64,000 nucleotides of DNA, taken from contig OZ242372.1 in the NCBI GenBank assembly GCA_965209035.1, positions 1,888,001 through 1,952,000 of the forward strand, written 5' to 3'. Under the pieces are notes generated by a model. That model worked only from the letters and a program-made list of their open reading frames with translations, did not search any database and was not told where the DNA came from. Position 1 is the stretch's first letter. Each line of letters starts with the position of its first letter. A program made the translations under genes and the position numbers. The stretch is from Gammaproteobacteria bacterium. GTDB taxonomy: Bacteria > Pseudomonadota > Gammaproteobacteria > CBDBNL01 > JAAOII01. Positions 40,955-52,382 of this stretch are shown one piece after another.

Positions 40955-43903
40955 GTGTCAGTTAATCCCCCGGTGCATAAACGCACCAAGACAAAAAACG
41001 ATATTTCCGCCGAATCGCGCGGGACATCATACGCATTACCGGAGAACAGAACACCGTCAACCGGTAATGACAAGGAGCCAACCGCCACTCTTTTTGAAGC
41101 GGGGAAGCTCTATGTGGTGAAAAGAAACGAAGCGGTTGTTCCGTATGACGAGGAAAAAATTGTCATAGCCATTTCAAAAGCCTATCTTGCGGTTGAGGGC
41201 GGACATGCTTCTATTTCTTCCCGGGTGCACGAGAGTGCGGAGGTACTTGCCGGGCAAATTACCGCATCTCTAAAGCGTCATCACAGCGGTCGCGCCATTC
41301 ATATAGAAGAAATACAAGATAAGGTAGAACTTGCCTTAATGCGCAGCGGCGAACACAAAGTGGCTCGCAGCTATGTCTTGTATCGCGAAGAACAGACCCG
41401 CAAACGCGATATCCTGCAGCAGAACGCAAAACCCGCCGAAGAGTCAACAACCATTGTTTATCCGGATGGAAAAAAACAGGTTCTTTCGCATGCGGTGTTG
41501 CGGAAAGATATGGAAAAAATCTGTGCCGGTTTGGAAGATGTGGATCCGCAGGCATTGTGTAACGAAGCGGTGCGCGGTCTATACCGGGAAATGAATCTGA
41601 GAGATATGGAGGAGATGCTTGTCGCTACGGCACGAACTTTTATTGAATCCGACCCGAACTATACTTATGTGACAGCAAGGCTCCTTCTGCATAAGGTTGC
41701 CGGCGAGACATTGAACTTCTTGGGCTTGGATGTCAAGGACAAAGGGAACCTGAAGAAAGTGTATGCCGTCGCCCTGGAAGAATCGGTGCATGCGGGAACA
41801 GAAATGGGCTTGTTGGACGAAGAACTCAAGCAGTTTGATTTTACCGTTCTGGGCAAAGCGATTGATGCAAAGCGAGATCATACTTTTACCTATCTGGGAT
41901 TGCAAACCTTATACGATCGTTATTTTTTGCATAAGGAAAATATTCGTTTTGAATTACCCCAGGTCTTTTTTATGCGTGTGGCGATGGGTTTGGCAATACG
42001 GGAGCAGGAGCGCGAAAAATGGGCGATAGAATTCTACAATGCTTTATCTCAGTTTGACTATATGAGTTCTACGCCGACGCTTTTCAATTCCGGGACGGTG
42101 CGCCCGCAGCTATCCTCTTGTTATCTGACAAGCATAGATGACAGTTTGGCGGGCATTTATAAAGGAATCGGTGATAATGCGATGCTCTCCAAATGGGCGG
42201 GTGGGCTCGGCAACGATTGGACGAAAGTGCGTTCCATCGGTTCTCACATCAAAGGTACAAACGGAAAATCTCAGGGAGTGGTGCCGTTTCTTAAGGTCGC
42301 CAATGATACGGCCGTAGCCGTTAATCAGGGAGGCAAACGCAAAGGGGCACTTTGTTCCTATCTGGAAACCTGGCATTTGGATTTGGAAGAGTTTTTGGAA
42401 TTACGCAAGAATACGGGTGATGACAGGCGGCGCACGCACGACATGCATACCGCCAACTGGATACCGGATCTGTTTATGAAACGATTGCTGGGAGACGCGG
42501 ACTGGACGCTGTTCTCTCCTTCCGACACAGCCGATCTGCACGAATGTTACGGCAAGAAGTTTGAGGAAAAGTATGTCAAGTATGAAAAGATGGCGGCGGA
42601 CGGCCGACTTCAAAATTTTAAAAAGATAAAAGCCAAGGATCTCTGGCGCAAGATGCTATCCATGCTTTATGAAACAGGTCATCCGTGGATTACTTTTAAG
42701 GATGCATGTAATATACGTTCGCCGCAACAACACTGCGGCGTCGTCCATTCTTCCAACCTGTGCACGGAGATTACTTTGAACACCAGTCGCCGTGAAATTG
42801 CCGTATGCAATCTGGGTTCTGTCAACTTACCGCGTCATTACAAAAACGGGAAATTGGATTTGGAGAAGTTACGCAAGACAGTCAAAACAGCCATTCGCAT
42901 GCTGGATAATGTCATTGACATTAATTATTATCCCGTCCCGGAAGCGCGGCATTCCAATATGAAACATCGCCCCATTGGCTTGGGACTTATGGGTTCTCAG
43001 GATGTCTTACATATGCTGCGCATTCCTTATGCTTCGCCGGAGGCGGTAGAACTTGCCGACAGAACGATGGAGCATATCAGTTACTATGCCCTGGAAGCAT
43101 CTTCGGATCTTGCCGCCGAAAGAGGCGCATACGCCAGTTATGATGGTTCTCTTTGGTCGCAAGGCATCTTGCCCATAGATTCATTGCGACTTCTTAAAGA
43201 GGAGCGCGGTGAAGAATATCTGGAAACGGATGTCCATACAACATTGGATTGGCAGGCTTTGCGCGAGAAGATTGGCGTGCAGAAAATGCGTAATTCCAAT
43301 GTCCTCGCAATAGCCCCCACAGCCACCATTGCCAATATCACGGGCGTTAGCCAGTCAATAGAGCCGGCATTTAAAAATCTTTATGTGAAGTCCAATCTCT
43401 CCGGTGAGTTCACTTGGGTGAATCAGTACTTGGTGCGGGAGCTGAAAATCTTGGGAATGTGGGACGATGTGATGGTGAATGACCTTAAGTATTATGACGG
43501 CAGTGTTCAAAAGATTAACCGCATTCCCAATGACTTAAAAAAACTGTATATGACCGCATTTGAAATGGATTTTTCTTGGCTGGTGCGTTGTGCTTCTCGC
43601 CGGCAAAAGTGGATTGATCAGGCACAGTCGCTGAACTTCTACATAGATCAGCCAAGCGGCAAGGTGTTGGATGAGTTATATCGGTCCGCCTGGAAACTGG
43701 GACTCAAAACGACTTATTATTTGCGCTCAAGAAGCGCGTCCCGGACGGAAAAATCCACTCTTGATAAGAGACCGGAAAACGACGAAACCGAGGATCTGGA
43801 AGTTCGTGACGATGCAAACCATCGTCCCATAACGCAGGGTCCCGCTTCGCCGGGGGGGGATGTCTGTAACCTGGATGATCCGGACTGCGAAAGTTGTCAG
43901 TGA
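40955..43903 (+). CDS. nrdA: Ribonucleotide reductase class I alpha subunit
   Basis: N-terminal ATP cone (VVKRN), STPTLFNSGT, LSSCYL, SSNLCTEI, AIAPTATI, KTTYYLR, C-terminal CESCQ. Exact start uncertain. Confidence 0.96.
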   Translation: MSVNPPVHKRTKTKNDISAESRGTSYALPENRTPSTGNDKEPTATLFEAGKLYVVKRNEAVVPYDEEKIVIAISKAYLAVEGGHASISSRVHESAEVLAGQITASLKRHHSGRAIHIEEIQDKVELALMRSGEHKVARSYVLYREEQTRKRDILQQNAKPAEESTTIVYPDGKKQVLSHAVLRKDMEKICAGLEDVDPQALCNEAVRGLYREMNLRDMEEMLVATARTFIESDPNYTYVTARLLLHKVAGETLNFLGLDVKDKGNLKKVYAVALEESVHAGTEMGLLDEELKQFDFTVLGKAIDAKRDHTFTYLGLQTLYDRYFLHKENIRFELPQVFFMRVAMGLAIREQEREKWAIEFYNALSQFDYMSSTPTLFNSGTVRPQLSSCYLTSIDDSLAGIYKGIGDNAMLSKWAGGLGNDWTKVRSIGSHIKGTNGKSQGVVPFLKVANDTAVAVNQGGKRKGALCSYLETWHLDLEEFLELRKNTGDDRRRTHDMHTANWIPDLFMKRLLGDADWTLFSPSDTADLHECYGKKFEEKYVKYEKMAADGRLQNFKKIKAKDLWRKMLSMLYETGHPWITFKDACNIRSPQQHCGVVHSSNLCTEITLNTSRREIAVCNLGSVNLPRHYKNGKLDLEKLRKTVKTAIRMLDNVIDINYYPVPEARHSNMKHRPIGLGLMGSQDVLHMLRIPYASPEAVELADRTMEHISYYALEASSDLAAERGAYASYDGSLWSQGILPIDSLRLLKEERGEEYLETDVHTTLDWQALREKIGVQKMRNSNVLAIAPTATIANITGVSQSIEPAFKNLYVKSNLSGEFTWVNQYLVRELKILGMWDDVMVNDLKYYDGSVQKINRIPNDLKKLYMTAFEMDFSWLVRCASRRQKWIDQAQSLNFYIDQPSGKVLDELYRSAWKLGLKTTYYLRSRSASRTEKSTLDKRPENDETEDLEVRDDANHRPITQGPASPGGDVCNLDDPDCESCQ

Positions 43904-43955
43904 TTTTTTTATCATATCAATCAATATACTTATTACTTATTAAAAGAGAAACATT

Positions 43956-45107
43956 ATGCGTTTATGGGAAGACGAATCACCGGTGTCAAACAACGGTTCA
44001 AAATCTAAAGTGGAAAACCGCAAGGTTGCCACATTAAATAGCGAGAAGCCGGGTCCTGTGCCGGGTTTTACAAACATAAAAAAAGGAGGCGCCCGTGTTC
44101 GGGTGGATGACAAGGCGATCATTAATAGTCGCGCCGATGTCAATCAACTGGTACCTATTAAATATAAATGGGCATGGGACAAGTATTTGTCGGGCTGTGC
44201 CAATCATTGGATGCCCACGGAGGTTAGCATGGCGAAGGATGTATATACTTGGAAGGCGCCGAACGAATTGAGTGACGACGAGCGACTGATGCTAAAGCGC
44301 AATCTCGGTTTTTTTGCTTCCAGTGAATCTTTGGTTGCCAATAATATTGTTTTTGCCGTTTACCGTCATTTGACAAACCCCGAATGCCGCCAATATCTGT
44401 TACGGCAGGCATTTGAAGAAGCAATTCATACGCATACTTTTCAATACATCGTGGAAAGCCTCGGCTTGGACGAGGGAGAAGTTTTTAACTTGTACCGGGA
44501 GGTGCCGAGTGTGCACAACAAGGCCGCATGGGCGTTGGATCATACCAAAGAATTGGAAGATCCGGATTTCCGTACAGGCACAGTTGAAAAGGATCGCCTG
44601 TTCGTCAAAAATCTTGTGGCACTTTATGTCTGCATGGAATCTCTTTGGTTTTATACGGGTTTTGCCCAGGTATTGTCTATGGGAAGAAGAAACAAAATGA
44701 CCGGAATTGCCGAACAGTATCAATACATCATGCGAGACGAATCGCTGCACTTTAATTTTGGCTTTGATGTGATCAATCAAATACGGGCGGAAAATCCCGG
44801 TCTTTGGGACGGTCCGTTTGAGAAGCGAGTCATTCAAATGATTCACGAAGCACTTGAATTGGAAATTGCGTATGCGCATGACACAATGCCGCGCGGTCTT
44901 TTTGGAATTAACGCCAATATGGTGGAAGACTACATGAAGTTCATCGCCAACCGCCGCCTTTCCCAACTGGGTCTGCCAAGCGAGTTTCCCGGTGTGACCA
45001 ATCCCTTCCCCTGGATGTCCGAGATGATCGATCTTGACAAGGAAAAGAATTTTTTTGAAACACGTGTTACGGACTATCAAACAGGCGGGCAGTTAAATTG
45101 GGATTAA
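43956..45107 (+). CDS. nrdB: Ribonucleotide reductase beta subunit, class Ic-like (R2c)
   Basis: [41 protein letters not shown]. Confidence 0.93.
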   Translation: MRLWEDESPVSNNGSKSKVENRKVATLNSEKPGPVPGFTNIKKGGARVRVDDKAIINSRADVNQLVPIKYKWAWDKYLSGCANHWMPTEVSMAKDVYTWKAPNELSDDERLMLKRNLGFFASSESLVANNIVFAVYRHLTNPECRQYLLRQAFEEAIHTHTFQYIVESLGLDEGEVFNLYREVPSVHNKAAWALDHTKELEDPDFRTGTVEKDRLFVKNLVALYVCMESLWFYTGFAQVLSMGRRNKMTGIAEQYQYIMRDESLHFNFGFDVINQIRAENPGLWDGPFEKRVIQMIHEALELEIAYAHDTMPRGLFGINANMVEDYMKFIANRRLSQLGLPSEFPGVTNPFPWMSEMIDLDKEKNFFETRVTDYQTGGQLNWD

Positions 45108-45214
45108 TTGCCGTCCGTAAGGCAACCCACAAAATTCCCGTTCATTCGGTGGTAACCCCGCATTAGCATTACCGGCATTAATTATTGTATTAATTAAAGG
45201 AAGACGGGCATAGT

Positions 45215-46795
45215 ATGTTACGGGAGACTTCGGTCCGACAATTGGATGAGGTCACCCTGTGGGATCTGGTTATTATAGGAGGCGGTGCGGCCGGCTTGGG
45301 CAGTACTTTGGCGGCGGCGCAAAAAGGATACAAAACACTCCTTTTGGAAAAAGGAGGATTTGCCGGCGGAACTTCCGGTCGCAGCAGCAAAATGATTCAC
45401 GGCGGTGTCCGCTATCTCAAACAAGGGGATCTTGCTATGGTGCGTCTTTCTTTGCGCGAACGCGAGCATCTTTTGCGAACTGTGCCCGGATTGGTGAAAC
45501 GACAGGAGTTTGTGATCCCTGTTTACACTTATGCGGACGCCGTAGTTTACCGTGCCGGTATGCTTCTTTATGATCTTTTGGCGGGGAAGAGAGACAGTTA
45601 TTTTTTGAGTCCCCGCCGAGTAACCGAGGAACTGGACGGCATCAAGAGCCGCGCTCTTAAAGGCGGAGTCGTTTATGGCGACGGTGTCTTTGATGATACG
45701 CGTTTTGCCATTACACTGGGCTACGCGGCGGACAAAGCCGGTGCCACACTCATCAACCATGCTCCCGTGGTTGGGTTTGGCAAGAATGCGAAAGGTAAAA
45801 TCGCCTCGGTCCAATTTTTGGACAAGGAAACCGGGCGCGAGCATGAAGTGAAATGTCGTTGTGTCATTAATGCCTGCGGAACCTTTGCGGATAAAATTCG
45901 CATGACGGATAATCCGACCGCACCCGAACTACAAACCATTAGCCAAGGCAGTCATATTATCTTACCGCTTTCCTTTTTGGGAACGCGGCGCGTTACCCGG
46001 GGGATGATGGTTCCGAAAACCACGGACAACAGAGTTCTGTTTTGTTTGCCTTGGCATAACAAACTTCTGGTAGGCACCACGGATATTACGATATCCAACC
46101 CGAGTGATGCCCCTGTTCCCACGCATACCGAAGCGAATTTTATCTTACAAAATTGCGGCGCGTATCTTACCAAGCAACCGGATGAATCGGATATTCTCAG
46201 TGCCTTTGCGGGGCAACGCGCTCTGTGCGGCAAAGGTGCGGCAACAAAAGACATTAGCAGAGAATATCACCTGGATGTGTCCGCTTCCGGCTTGATCAGT
46301 ATTTTGGGAGGCAAGTGGACAACCTATCGTGTTACTGCCGCGGCTGCTGTCAACCGGGCGGCTTCTTTTTTGGGTAACAATAAGCAAGCCCGCGAGAAGG
46401 GCGGGGACCGGCATAACAACAGCCGCAATGGCCACCATGGCCCGGCTGCGGCATTTCTTGAATTGGAATGCCTGTCAAAAAAGGTGCATGCCGAGAACAA
46501 GGAATATGCCGAGCCCATTCATCCCAAACTTCCCTACAGCCGCGGCAATATAGTCTGTGCCTTACGCCATGAGATGGCAAGAAACCTCACGGATCTTTTG
46601 ACAAGACATACGCGCTCGGTGATGCTGGATCGTCTGAGCGCCTTGGAATGCGCTCCCTCCTTGGCGCATTTAATGGCAAAAGAAATGAAACGCGACGCGC
46701 GCTGGGAACAGCGGCAATTAAAAGAATTTTACAAAGCGGCGGAAGAATACCAATTTCCGCCCCAATCACCGCCGGGGCAACCGCCGGCAAAGTAA
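45215..46795 (+). CDS. glpD: FAD-dependent glycerol-3-phosphate dehydrogenase
   Basis: IIGGGAAG, GTSGRSSKMIHGGVRYL, LVGTTD, GGKWTTYR. Confidence 0.9.
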   Translation: MLRETSVRQLDEVTLWDLVIIGGGAAGLGSTLAAAQKGYKTLLLEKGGFAGGTSGRSSKMIHGGVRYLKQGDLAMVRLSLREREHLLRTVPGLVKRQEFVIPVYTYADAVVYRAGMLLYDLLAGKRDSYFLSPRRVTEELDGIKSRALKGGVVYGDGVFDDTRFAITLGYAADKAGATLINHAPVVGFGKNAKGKIASVQFLDKETGREHEVKCRCVINACGTFADKIRMTDNPTAPELQTISQGSHIILPLSFLGTRRVTRGMMVPKTTDNRVLFCLPWHNKLLVGTTDITISNPSDAPVPTHTEANFILQNCGAYLTKQPDESDILSAFAGQRALCGKGAATKDISREYHLDVSASGLISILGGKWTTYRVTAAAAVNRAASFLGNNKQAREKGGDRHNNSRNGHHGPAAAFLELECLSKKVHAENKEYAEPIHPKLPYSRGNIVCALRHEMARNLTDLLTRHTRSVMLDRLSALECAPSLAHLMAKEMKRDARWEQRQLKEFYKAAEEYQFPPQSPPGQPPAK

Positions 46796-46827
46796 CTTCA
46801 AAGTAACTTCAAAGTAACCGGGGGGAG

Positions 46828-47685
46828 CTATTTGGTGCGATGGCTTTCTCGCAGTTTTTTCAACACCGAGTGCGTATCCGGCGTCCGGTCGGCGAGGTCT
46901 TTGTTCCAAATCATAAAACTGAGTGCCGCCTGCTCCGCGAGCATTCCCAACCCGTCGGCAATCCGGAAAACGCCTTTCTTGCGCGCAAGATGCAGAAAAG
47001 GCGTGTCTTGTTTTTGATCGTAAGAGAGATCGTAAACACACATATGCGGCGAGATAAGGCTTGACAAAGCATTTAAATTACCGGGGTTATGAGACACCGA
47101 GGTCGCATTGATCAAAATAGCATAATCCTCTTTAATTTTTGCAAATTGTTCCGGCACCGAACAAGAGATACGCGGTGAATTAAAATGCGCCACCAGCTCT
47201 TCGGCATTGCTATGAGTGCGGTTGACGACAAGAATGCCGTCCGCCCCGGCGTTTAGAATATCCGGAATGATGCCGTAAGCCGCCCCGCCGGCCCCCAGAA
47301 TCGCCAGTCGTTTATTTTTTATATCCCATTGCAGATGTTGTTCCAGATCCCGCACCAACCCGGCGCCGTCCGTATTGGCACCGCCTATACGCGCTGCACT
47401 GTCGCCTTCAAGAAACAGCGTGTTCACCGCCAGTGCCTGTTTGACAATGTCGGACTCCGTCCCCCGCCCCCGGCGAACCAATTGCCAGGCCCTTCGCTTA
47501 AAAGGCAAGGTGATATTCAATCCGCTCCCCCCCTTGTCAAAAAAGTCCCAAACATCCCGTTCAAAATCTGTCGGCTCCCGCAGGGTGTAAGAAATTTCAA
47601 GCCCTGTTTGTTCCGCAAACATAAGATGAATGCGGGGCGAAAGGCTATGCCGAACCGGGCTGCCAAAGACGGCGAAGGTTCTCAT
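46828..47685 (-). CDS. aroE: Shikimate dehydrogenase
   Basis: HSLSPRIH, NITLPFK, NTDGAG, GAGGAA, DGLGMLAEQAA. Confidence 0.95.
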   Translation of the reverse strand: MRTFAVFGSPVRHSLSPRIHLMFAEQTGLEISYTLREPTDFERDVWDFFDKGGSGLNITLPFKRRAWQLVRRGRGTESDIVKQALAVNTLFLEGDSAARIGGANTDGAGLVRDLEQHLQWDIKNKRLAILGAGGAAYGIIPDILNAGADGILVVNRTHSNAEELVAHFNSPRISCSVPEQFAKIKEDYAILINATSVSHNPGNLNALSSLISPHMCVYDLSYDQKQDTPFLHLARKKGVFRIADGLGMLAEQAALSFMIWNKDLADRTPDTHSVLKKLRESHRTK

Positions 47686-47820
47686 ACTAACGGACGGGCA
47701 AGAAAACGAAACAAAACAAAACGAAGCGGGCGCATATTCCTATTATGCTTGAAGTCCGTGCAAAAACAGAGGACCGCCCGGGTTTTACCGCCTGTTTCTC
47801 TTTCCGAATGACCTTCTTCT

Positions 47821-47829
47821 TGTTATAAT
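47821..47829 (+). promoter_or_regulatory. Extended -10 promoter element
   Basis: TGtTATAAT about 70 nt upstream of the 47902 start. Confidence 0.45.
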
Positions 47830-47901
47830 AATGTCCGTATGATTAAAAAAATAATTGGTAAAACATTAATGCGGGGGCAATATTAAAACGATGCCAAAGA
47901 A

Positions 47902-48510
47902 ATGTTAGATGCTCCCCTGCGCAGGGTGATTACCCCCGGCTTGGAAAAAGTCGGTAACTACCTGGCACGCGGTTTCTTGTCGGCAAACCTGATGACTGTC
48001 GGCGGTTTCGCTTGCGGTATTCTTGGCTGTGTCGCCATTGCAATGCAGTTTTATTTTTTGGGGCTTGGTCTGATTCTCGCCAATCGTATGGCGGACATAC
48101 TGGACGGACTCATCGCGAGAAGACGCGACGGCACCACGGATTATGGCGGTTATTTGGATATTGTTCTGGATTTTTTCATCTACTCGGCTGTTCCTTGTGC
48201 TTTTGTTTTTGCCAATCCGGCAAACGGCGCAGCCGGCGCACTCCTTATGTTAAGTTTCATGGGGACAGGTTCCAGTTTCCTCGCGTACGCCATCATTTGT
48301 GCCAAGCGCGGCATTTCTACCGAGAAGCGCGGTAAAAAGAGTTTTTATTATCTGGGCGGACTGGTGGAGAGTGTGGAAACCACCATATTTTTTGCCGCTT
48401 TTTGTATTTGGCCGGCTTATTTTGTGCCGCTGGCTTATGTTCTTGCCATCATCTGTCTTTTGACCTTTGCCCTCAGGGTCTATGAGGCATCAAGGCAGTT
48501 TAATTCTTAA
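47902..48510 (+). CDS. CDP-alcohol phosphatidyltransferase family protein (YnjF-like)
   Basis: DILDGLIARR....TDYGGYLDIVLD signature; KSFYYLGGLVE..ET. Confidence 0.88.
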   Translation: MLDAPLRRVITPGLEKVGNYLARGFLSANLMTVGGFACGILGCVAIAMQFYFLGLGLILANRMADILDGLIARRRDGTTDYGGYLDIVLDFFIYSAVPCAFVFANPANGAAGALLMLSFMGTGSSFLAYAIICAKRGISTEKRGKKSFYYLGGLVESVETTIFFAAFCIWPAYFVPLAYVLAIICLLTFALRVYEASRQFNS

Positions 48511-48558
48511 AAAAAGAACATACTTGAATAATTTATTAGTTAACAAAAAAACATTATC

Positions 48559-50049
48559 ATGACAAAAAAAATATATCATCATATTAATGGTGCCGAGCAT
48601 CGGGGGACATCCGCCGAATTCGGTAAGGTGTATCGGCCCGCCACCGGAGAAGTCGGCGGCGAGGTTGCTATTGCCAATAAAGCGGATGTGGAAAGTGCCA
48701 TAGCTGCCGCAACAGCGGCTTTTCCGGCCTGGCGCGCCACCACACCGATTAAAAGATCGCGCATCTTGTTTAAGTTCAAACATCTGCTGGATAAGCATTC
48801 CGGCACCCTTGCCCGATTAGTTTCGGAAGAACACGGCAAGGTTCTAAACGACGCCAAGGGCTCGGTCACTCGCGGGATCGAAGTCGTGGAGTTTGCTTGC
48901 GGAATACCGCAGTTGTTGAAAGGCGAATATTCGGAAGATGCCGGCACCGGCATAGATGTAACATCTGTGCGGCAGCCCATCGGCGTATGCGGCGGCATCA
49001 CGCCGTTTAATTTTCCGGCAATGGTCCCGCTTTGGATGTTTCCCATGGCAGTCGCCTGCGGGAATACCTTTGTCCTCAAGCCGTCGGAAAAGGATCCTTC
49101 TTGCTCCAACTTTCTTGCCGAACTGGTGATGGACGCCGGCTTACCCCCCGGCGTTCTGAATGTGGTGCACGGAACCAAAGAAGCGGTGGATACCATCCTG
49201 AATGATGCGCGCGTCAAGGCGGTTTCGTTTGTCGGTTCCACGCCGATTGCTCGTTACATTTATGAGACGGCCGCCCGCAACGGCAAGCGTGTTCAAGCAC
49301 TTGCCGGGGCAAAAAATCATATGTTGGTCATGCCCGATGCGGATATGGACATCGCCACGGCGGCCGCTTTGGGTGCCGGCTACGGCTCCGCGGGCGAAAG
49401 ATGTATGGCAATTTCCGTTGTTGTTGCGGTGGGAGATAAAACCGCCGATGACTTCATAGCAAAAATCAAGCCCAAGGTGGAAACATTAAAGATTGGCAAC
49501 AAAGAAGATGACGATATGGGGCCGCTGGTTACCGCCGACCATCTTGCCAAGGTCAAAAGTTATGTGGATCTCGGTGTTGAAGAAGGAGCGGAATTGGTCG
49601 CGGACGGGAGAGGTTTTTCGCTTCCCGGCCATGAAAAAGGGTTCTTTCTTGGCGGTTGCCTGTTTGACAAGGTTAAGCCGGATATGCGCATTTACAAAGA
49701 AGAAATTTTTGGTCCTGTGTTGTCCGTAGTGCGGGTCCCGGACTACGAGACAGCCGTCAAACTGGTTGATGAGCATGAGTTTGGCAACGGCACCGCGATC
49801 TTCACCCGAGATGGCGGACTGGCGCGCGATTTTGCCTATCGTGTTCAGATCGGTATGGTGGGCATCAATGTCCCCATTCCTGTGCCGATTGCCTTCCATA
49901 GTTTCGGCGGTTGGAAAAGTTCTCTGTTCGGCGATATGCACGCCTACGGCCCCGAGGCGGTGCGGTTTTATACCAAACTCAAAGCGATTACATCCCGTTG
50001 GCCCAAAGAATCCATTAATCCGGAATTCGTCATGCCGACAATGCGGTAA
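48559..50049 (+). CDS. mmsA: CoA-acylating methylmalonate/malonate-semialdehyde dehydrogenase
   Basis: GITPFNFPAMVPLWM, AKNHM, GSAGERCMA, EEIFGP, GINVPIPVP. Confidence 0.93.
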   Translation: MTKKIYHHINGAEHRGTSAEFGKVYRPATGEVGGEVAIANKADVESAIAAATAAFPAWRATTPIKRSRILFKFKHLLDKHSGTLARLVSEEHGKVLNDAKGSVTRGIEVVEFACGIPQLLKGEYSEDAGTGIDVTSVRQPIGVCGGITPFNFPAMVPLWMFPMAVACGNTFVLKPSEKDPSCSNFLAELVMDAGLPPGVLNVVHGTKEAVDTILNDARVKAVSFVGSTPIARYIYETAARNGKRVQALAGAKNHMLVMPDADMDIATAAALGAGYGSAGERCMAISVVVAVGDKTADDFIAKIKPKVETLKIGNKEDDDMGPLVTADHLAKVKSYVDLGVEEGAELVADGRGFSLPGHEKGFFLGGCLFDKVKPDMRIYKEEIFGPVLSVVRVPDYETAVKLVDEHEFGNGTAIFTRDGGLARDFAYRVQIGMVGINVPIPVPIAFHSFGGWKSSLFGDMHAYGPEAVRFYTKLKAITSRWPKESINPEFVMPTMR

Positions 50050-50060
50050 CAACTCCCAAC

Positions 50061-50101
50061 ACCCTTACAGGGGTTCTGGCCCGCGGAACCTCTGTAAGAG
50101 T
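50061..50101 (+). terminator. Hairpin downstream of mmsA
   Basis: cttacaggggttc...gaacctctgtaag imperfect inverted repeat between convergent genes; no clear U-tract. Confidence 0.4.
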
Positions 50102-50315
50102 GGCGGCCGGCGGCGGTGAGAGATGGAAGCGTCTTGGTGCTGTTTGACTGCTTTTTGTTGTTTGGCTGTTTAACTGCCTCGCCGAAAAACCCGTCTTAAG
50201 ATATCTCCGAAGAGAAACTAACCCCGAATTTTCGGCGGCGGTTCTTTACTTGTTCCGATTTTTATTCCAATTTTTAGGGGGAGGATAAAAAGTAGCTTAA
50301 AAATCTCTTAAGAAT

Positions 50316-51449
50316 TTAAGAACGCTCCGCCAAAGTAACATAAGCCCGTTGCGGCGGCCCCACATAGTCCGCATTGGGTCGAATTAATCTGTTATCCTTG
50401 CGTTGTTCCATAACATGCGCCGCCCAGCCGGACATGCGGGAACACACGAACAACGGAGTAAACAACGAAGTGTCTATACCCAGATAATGATAGGCGGAGG
50501 CACTGTAAAAGTCCAAATTGGGGAACAGCTTCTTTTCGTCCCACATCACTTGCTCAATAGATTCCGATATTTTGTAAAGAAGATCGTCTTTGTTATTTTG
50601 GGCAAGTTTCTGTGACCAGGATTTAATCACCTCGTTGCGCGGGTCGGAAATACTATACACCGCATGGCCAAATCCCATGATCTTTTCCTTGCGTTGCAAC
50701 TTGCCGCGCACCCCGTCGGCTGCCTCGTCCGGTGTCTTGTAAGCACTGATCAAAGCAAATGCTTCCTCGTTGGCACCGCCGTGTAGTGGGCCGCGCAGGG
50801 CGCCTATCCCGCCGGTGATGCACGAATAGATATCCGCCAGTGTTGCCGCAATCACCCGAGCGGTAAATGTGGAAGCATTGAATTCGTGCTCGGCATAAAG
50901 GATCAGAGAAACATCCATCGCCCTGATACGTAGTTCCGAAGGAGACTCATCGCCAAGCATAGTCAGTATGTGGCCGGCCAGACTGCTCGCCGAGCTTTCG
51001 GTATCCGTTCTCCGGCCTTCCCGGACATAACGAAACCAGTATGTCATCATACCCGGAAAGGTGGCGAGTAGCCTTTTGGCAATGCGCATTTGATCCGCCC
51101 GGGTTTCTTCTTTTTCCAGGGTCCCCAAAACGGAACAGCCGGTTCGCATAACATCCATCGGATGGGCATCCGCCGGAATGGCTTCCAGAACTGTCCGGAG
51201 TTCCCGCGGCAACTTCCGCAATTTTTGTAGTTCCGAGGCATAGGCACGGAGTTGAGTTTCCGTAGGCAACTCGCCGTGCAGCAGAAGATAAGACACTTCT
51301 TCATAACCGGATTTTTCGGCAAGTTCCAAAATGTCGTAACCATAGTAGGTTAACCCTTTTCCTTCAATGCCGCAGGTGCATATCGCGGTTTGGCCTGCGG
51401 TAATGCCGCGCAGCCCGCGGCCGTCCTGTGATTTTTTAACTTCGTTCAT
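50316..51449 (-). CDS. prpC: 2-methylcitrate synthase
   Basis: LYAEHEFNASTF, GPLHGGANE, IMGFGHAVY, FPNLDFYSA; follows prpB. Confidence 0.93.
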   Translation of the reverse strand: MNEVKKSQDGRGLRGITAGQTAICTCGIEGKGLTYYGYDILELAEKSGYEEVSYLLLHGELPTETQLRAYASELQKLRKLPRELRTVLEAIPADAHPMDVMRTGCSVLGTLEKEETRADQMRIAKRLLATFPGMMTYWFRYVREGRRTDTESSASSLAGHILTMLGDESPSELRIRAMDVSLILYAEHEFNASTFTARVIAATLADIYSCITGGIGALRGPLHGGANEEAFALISAYKTPDEAADGVRGKLQRKEKIMGFGHAVYSISDPRNEVIKSWSQKLAQNNKDDLLYKISESIEQVMWDEKKLFPNLDFYSASAYHYLGIDTSLFTPLFVCSRMSGWAAHVMEQRKDNRLIRPNADYVGPPQRAYVTLAERS

Positions 51450-51485
51450 AATTGTAATATTTGGTAGTATGTATTAATAATCTGT

Positions 51486-52382
51486 TTATTTATTCCGTTC
51501 GGTGTCTTCTTGCTTGCCGGCAAAAAGAGAGTCCAGTTTTTTTTCATAAGAATAATAATCCAACACTTCGTAAAGTTCCTCCCGGGTTTGCATACTGTCC
51601 AGAACATCTTTTTGTGTTCCTTGTTCGGCAAGAGTCGCATACGCCATTTCGGCGGCACGGCTCATAGCCCGAAATGCCGACAAAGGATACAACGCCAAGG
51701 AAACGCCCGCCGCCCGCAACTCGTCCAAAGTCCACAAGGGGGTCTTGCCAAACTCGGTAATATTGGCGAGGATCGGCAGACCGGTCGCCCGGGCAAACTC
51801 CCGATACTGACCGAGGTCTTCCGCCGCCTCGGCAAAAATCATATCCGCGCCGGCGTCGCGATAAGCAACCGCTCTTGCCAAAGCGGCTTCCAATCCTTCG
51901 TTCGCCAAGGCATCTGTGCGCGCCATGATCACAAACTCGCTGTTTTGTCTGGCGTCCGCGGCCGCCTTGATCCGATCCGCCATTTCTTCGGTATGCACCA
52001 GCATCTTGGAAGGCCTGTGTCCGCATCGTTTTTGCCCGACTTGATCTTCCAGGTGCATACCGGCAACGCCGGCCCGTTCCAGTTCTTTGACAGTGCGGGC
52101 AATGTTGAATGCGCCTCCCCAGCCCGTATCCGCATCCGCCAATAGCGGCAGATTGACCCGTCCGGTAATGCGTGCCGCATCTTCCGCGACATCCGCAAGC
52201 GCGGTAATCCCCAGATCCGGCAGACCAAAAGACGCATTTGCCACACCCGCACCCGAAAGATAAATTGCCTTGAAGCCGGCTCTTTGGGCAAGAAGGGCAC
52301 TGTATGCATTGATGGCCCCGACCACCCGCAAGGGTGTTTCGGTTTTTAATGCGGTCCGCAGACTTGTTTCTTTGGTTAGCAT
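51486..52382 (-). CDS. prpB: 2-methylisocitrate lyase
   Basis: [39 protein letters not shown]. Confidence 0.95.
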   Translation of the reverse strand: MLTKETSLRTALKTETPLRVVGAINAYSALLAQRAGFKAIYLSGAGVANASFGLPDLGITALADVAEDAARITGRVNLPLLADADTGWGGAFNIARTVKELERAGVAGMHLEDQVGQKRCGHRPSKMLVHTEEMADRIKAAADARQNSEFVIMARTDALANEGLEAALARAVAYRDAGADMIFAEAAEDLGQYREFARATGLPILANITEFGKTPLWTLDELRAAGVSLALYPLSAFRAMSRAAEMAYATLAEQGTQKDVLDSMQTREELYEVLDYYSYEKKLDSLFAGKQEDTERNK

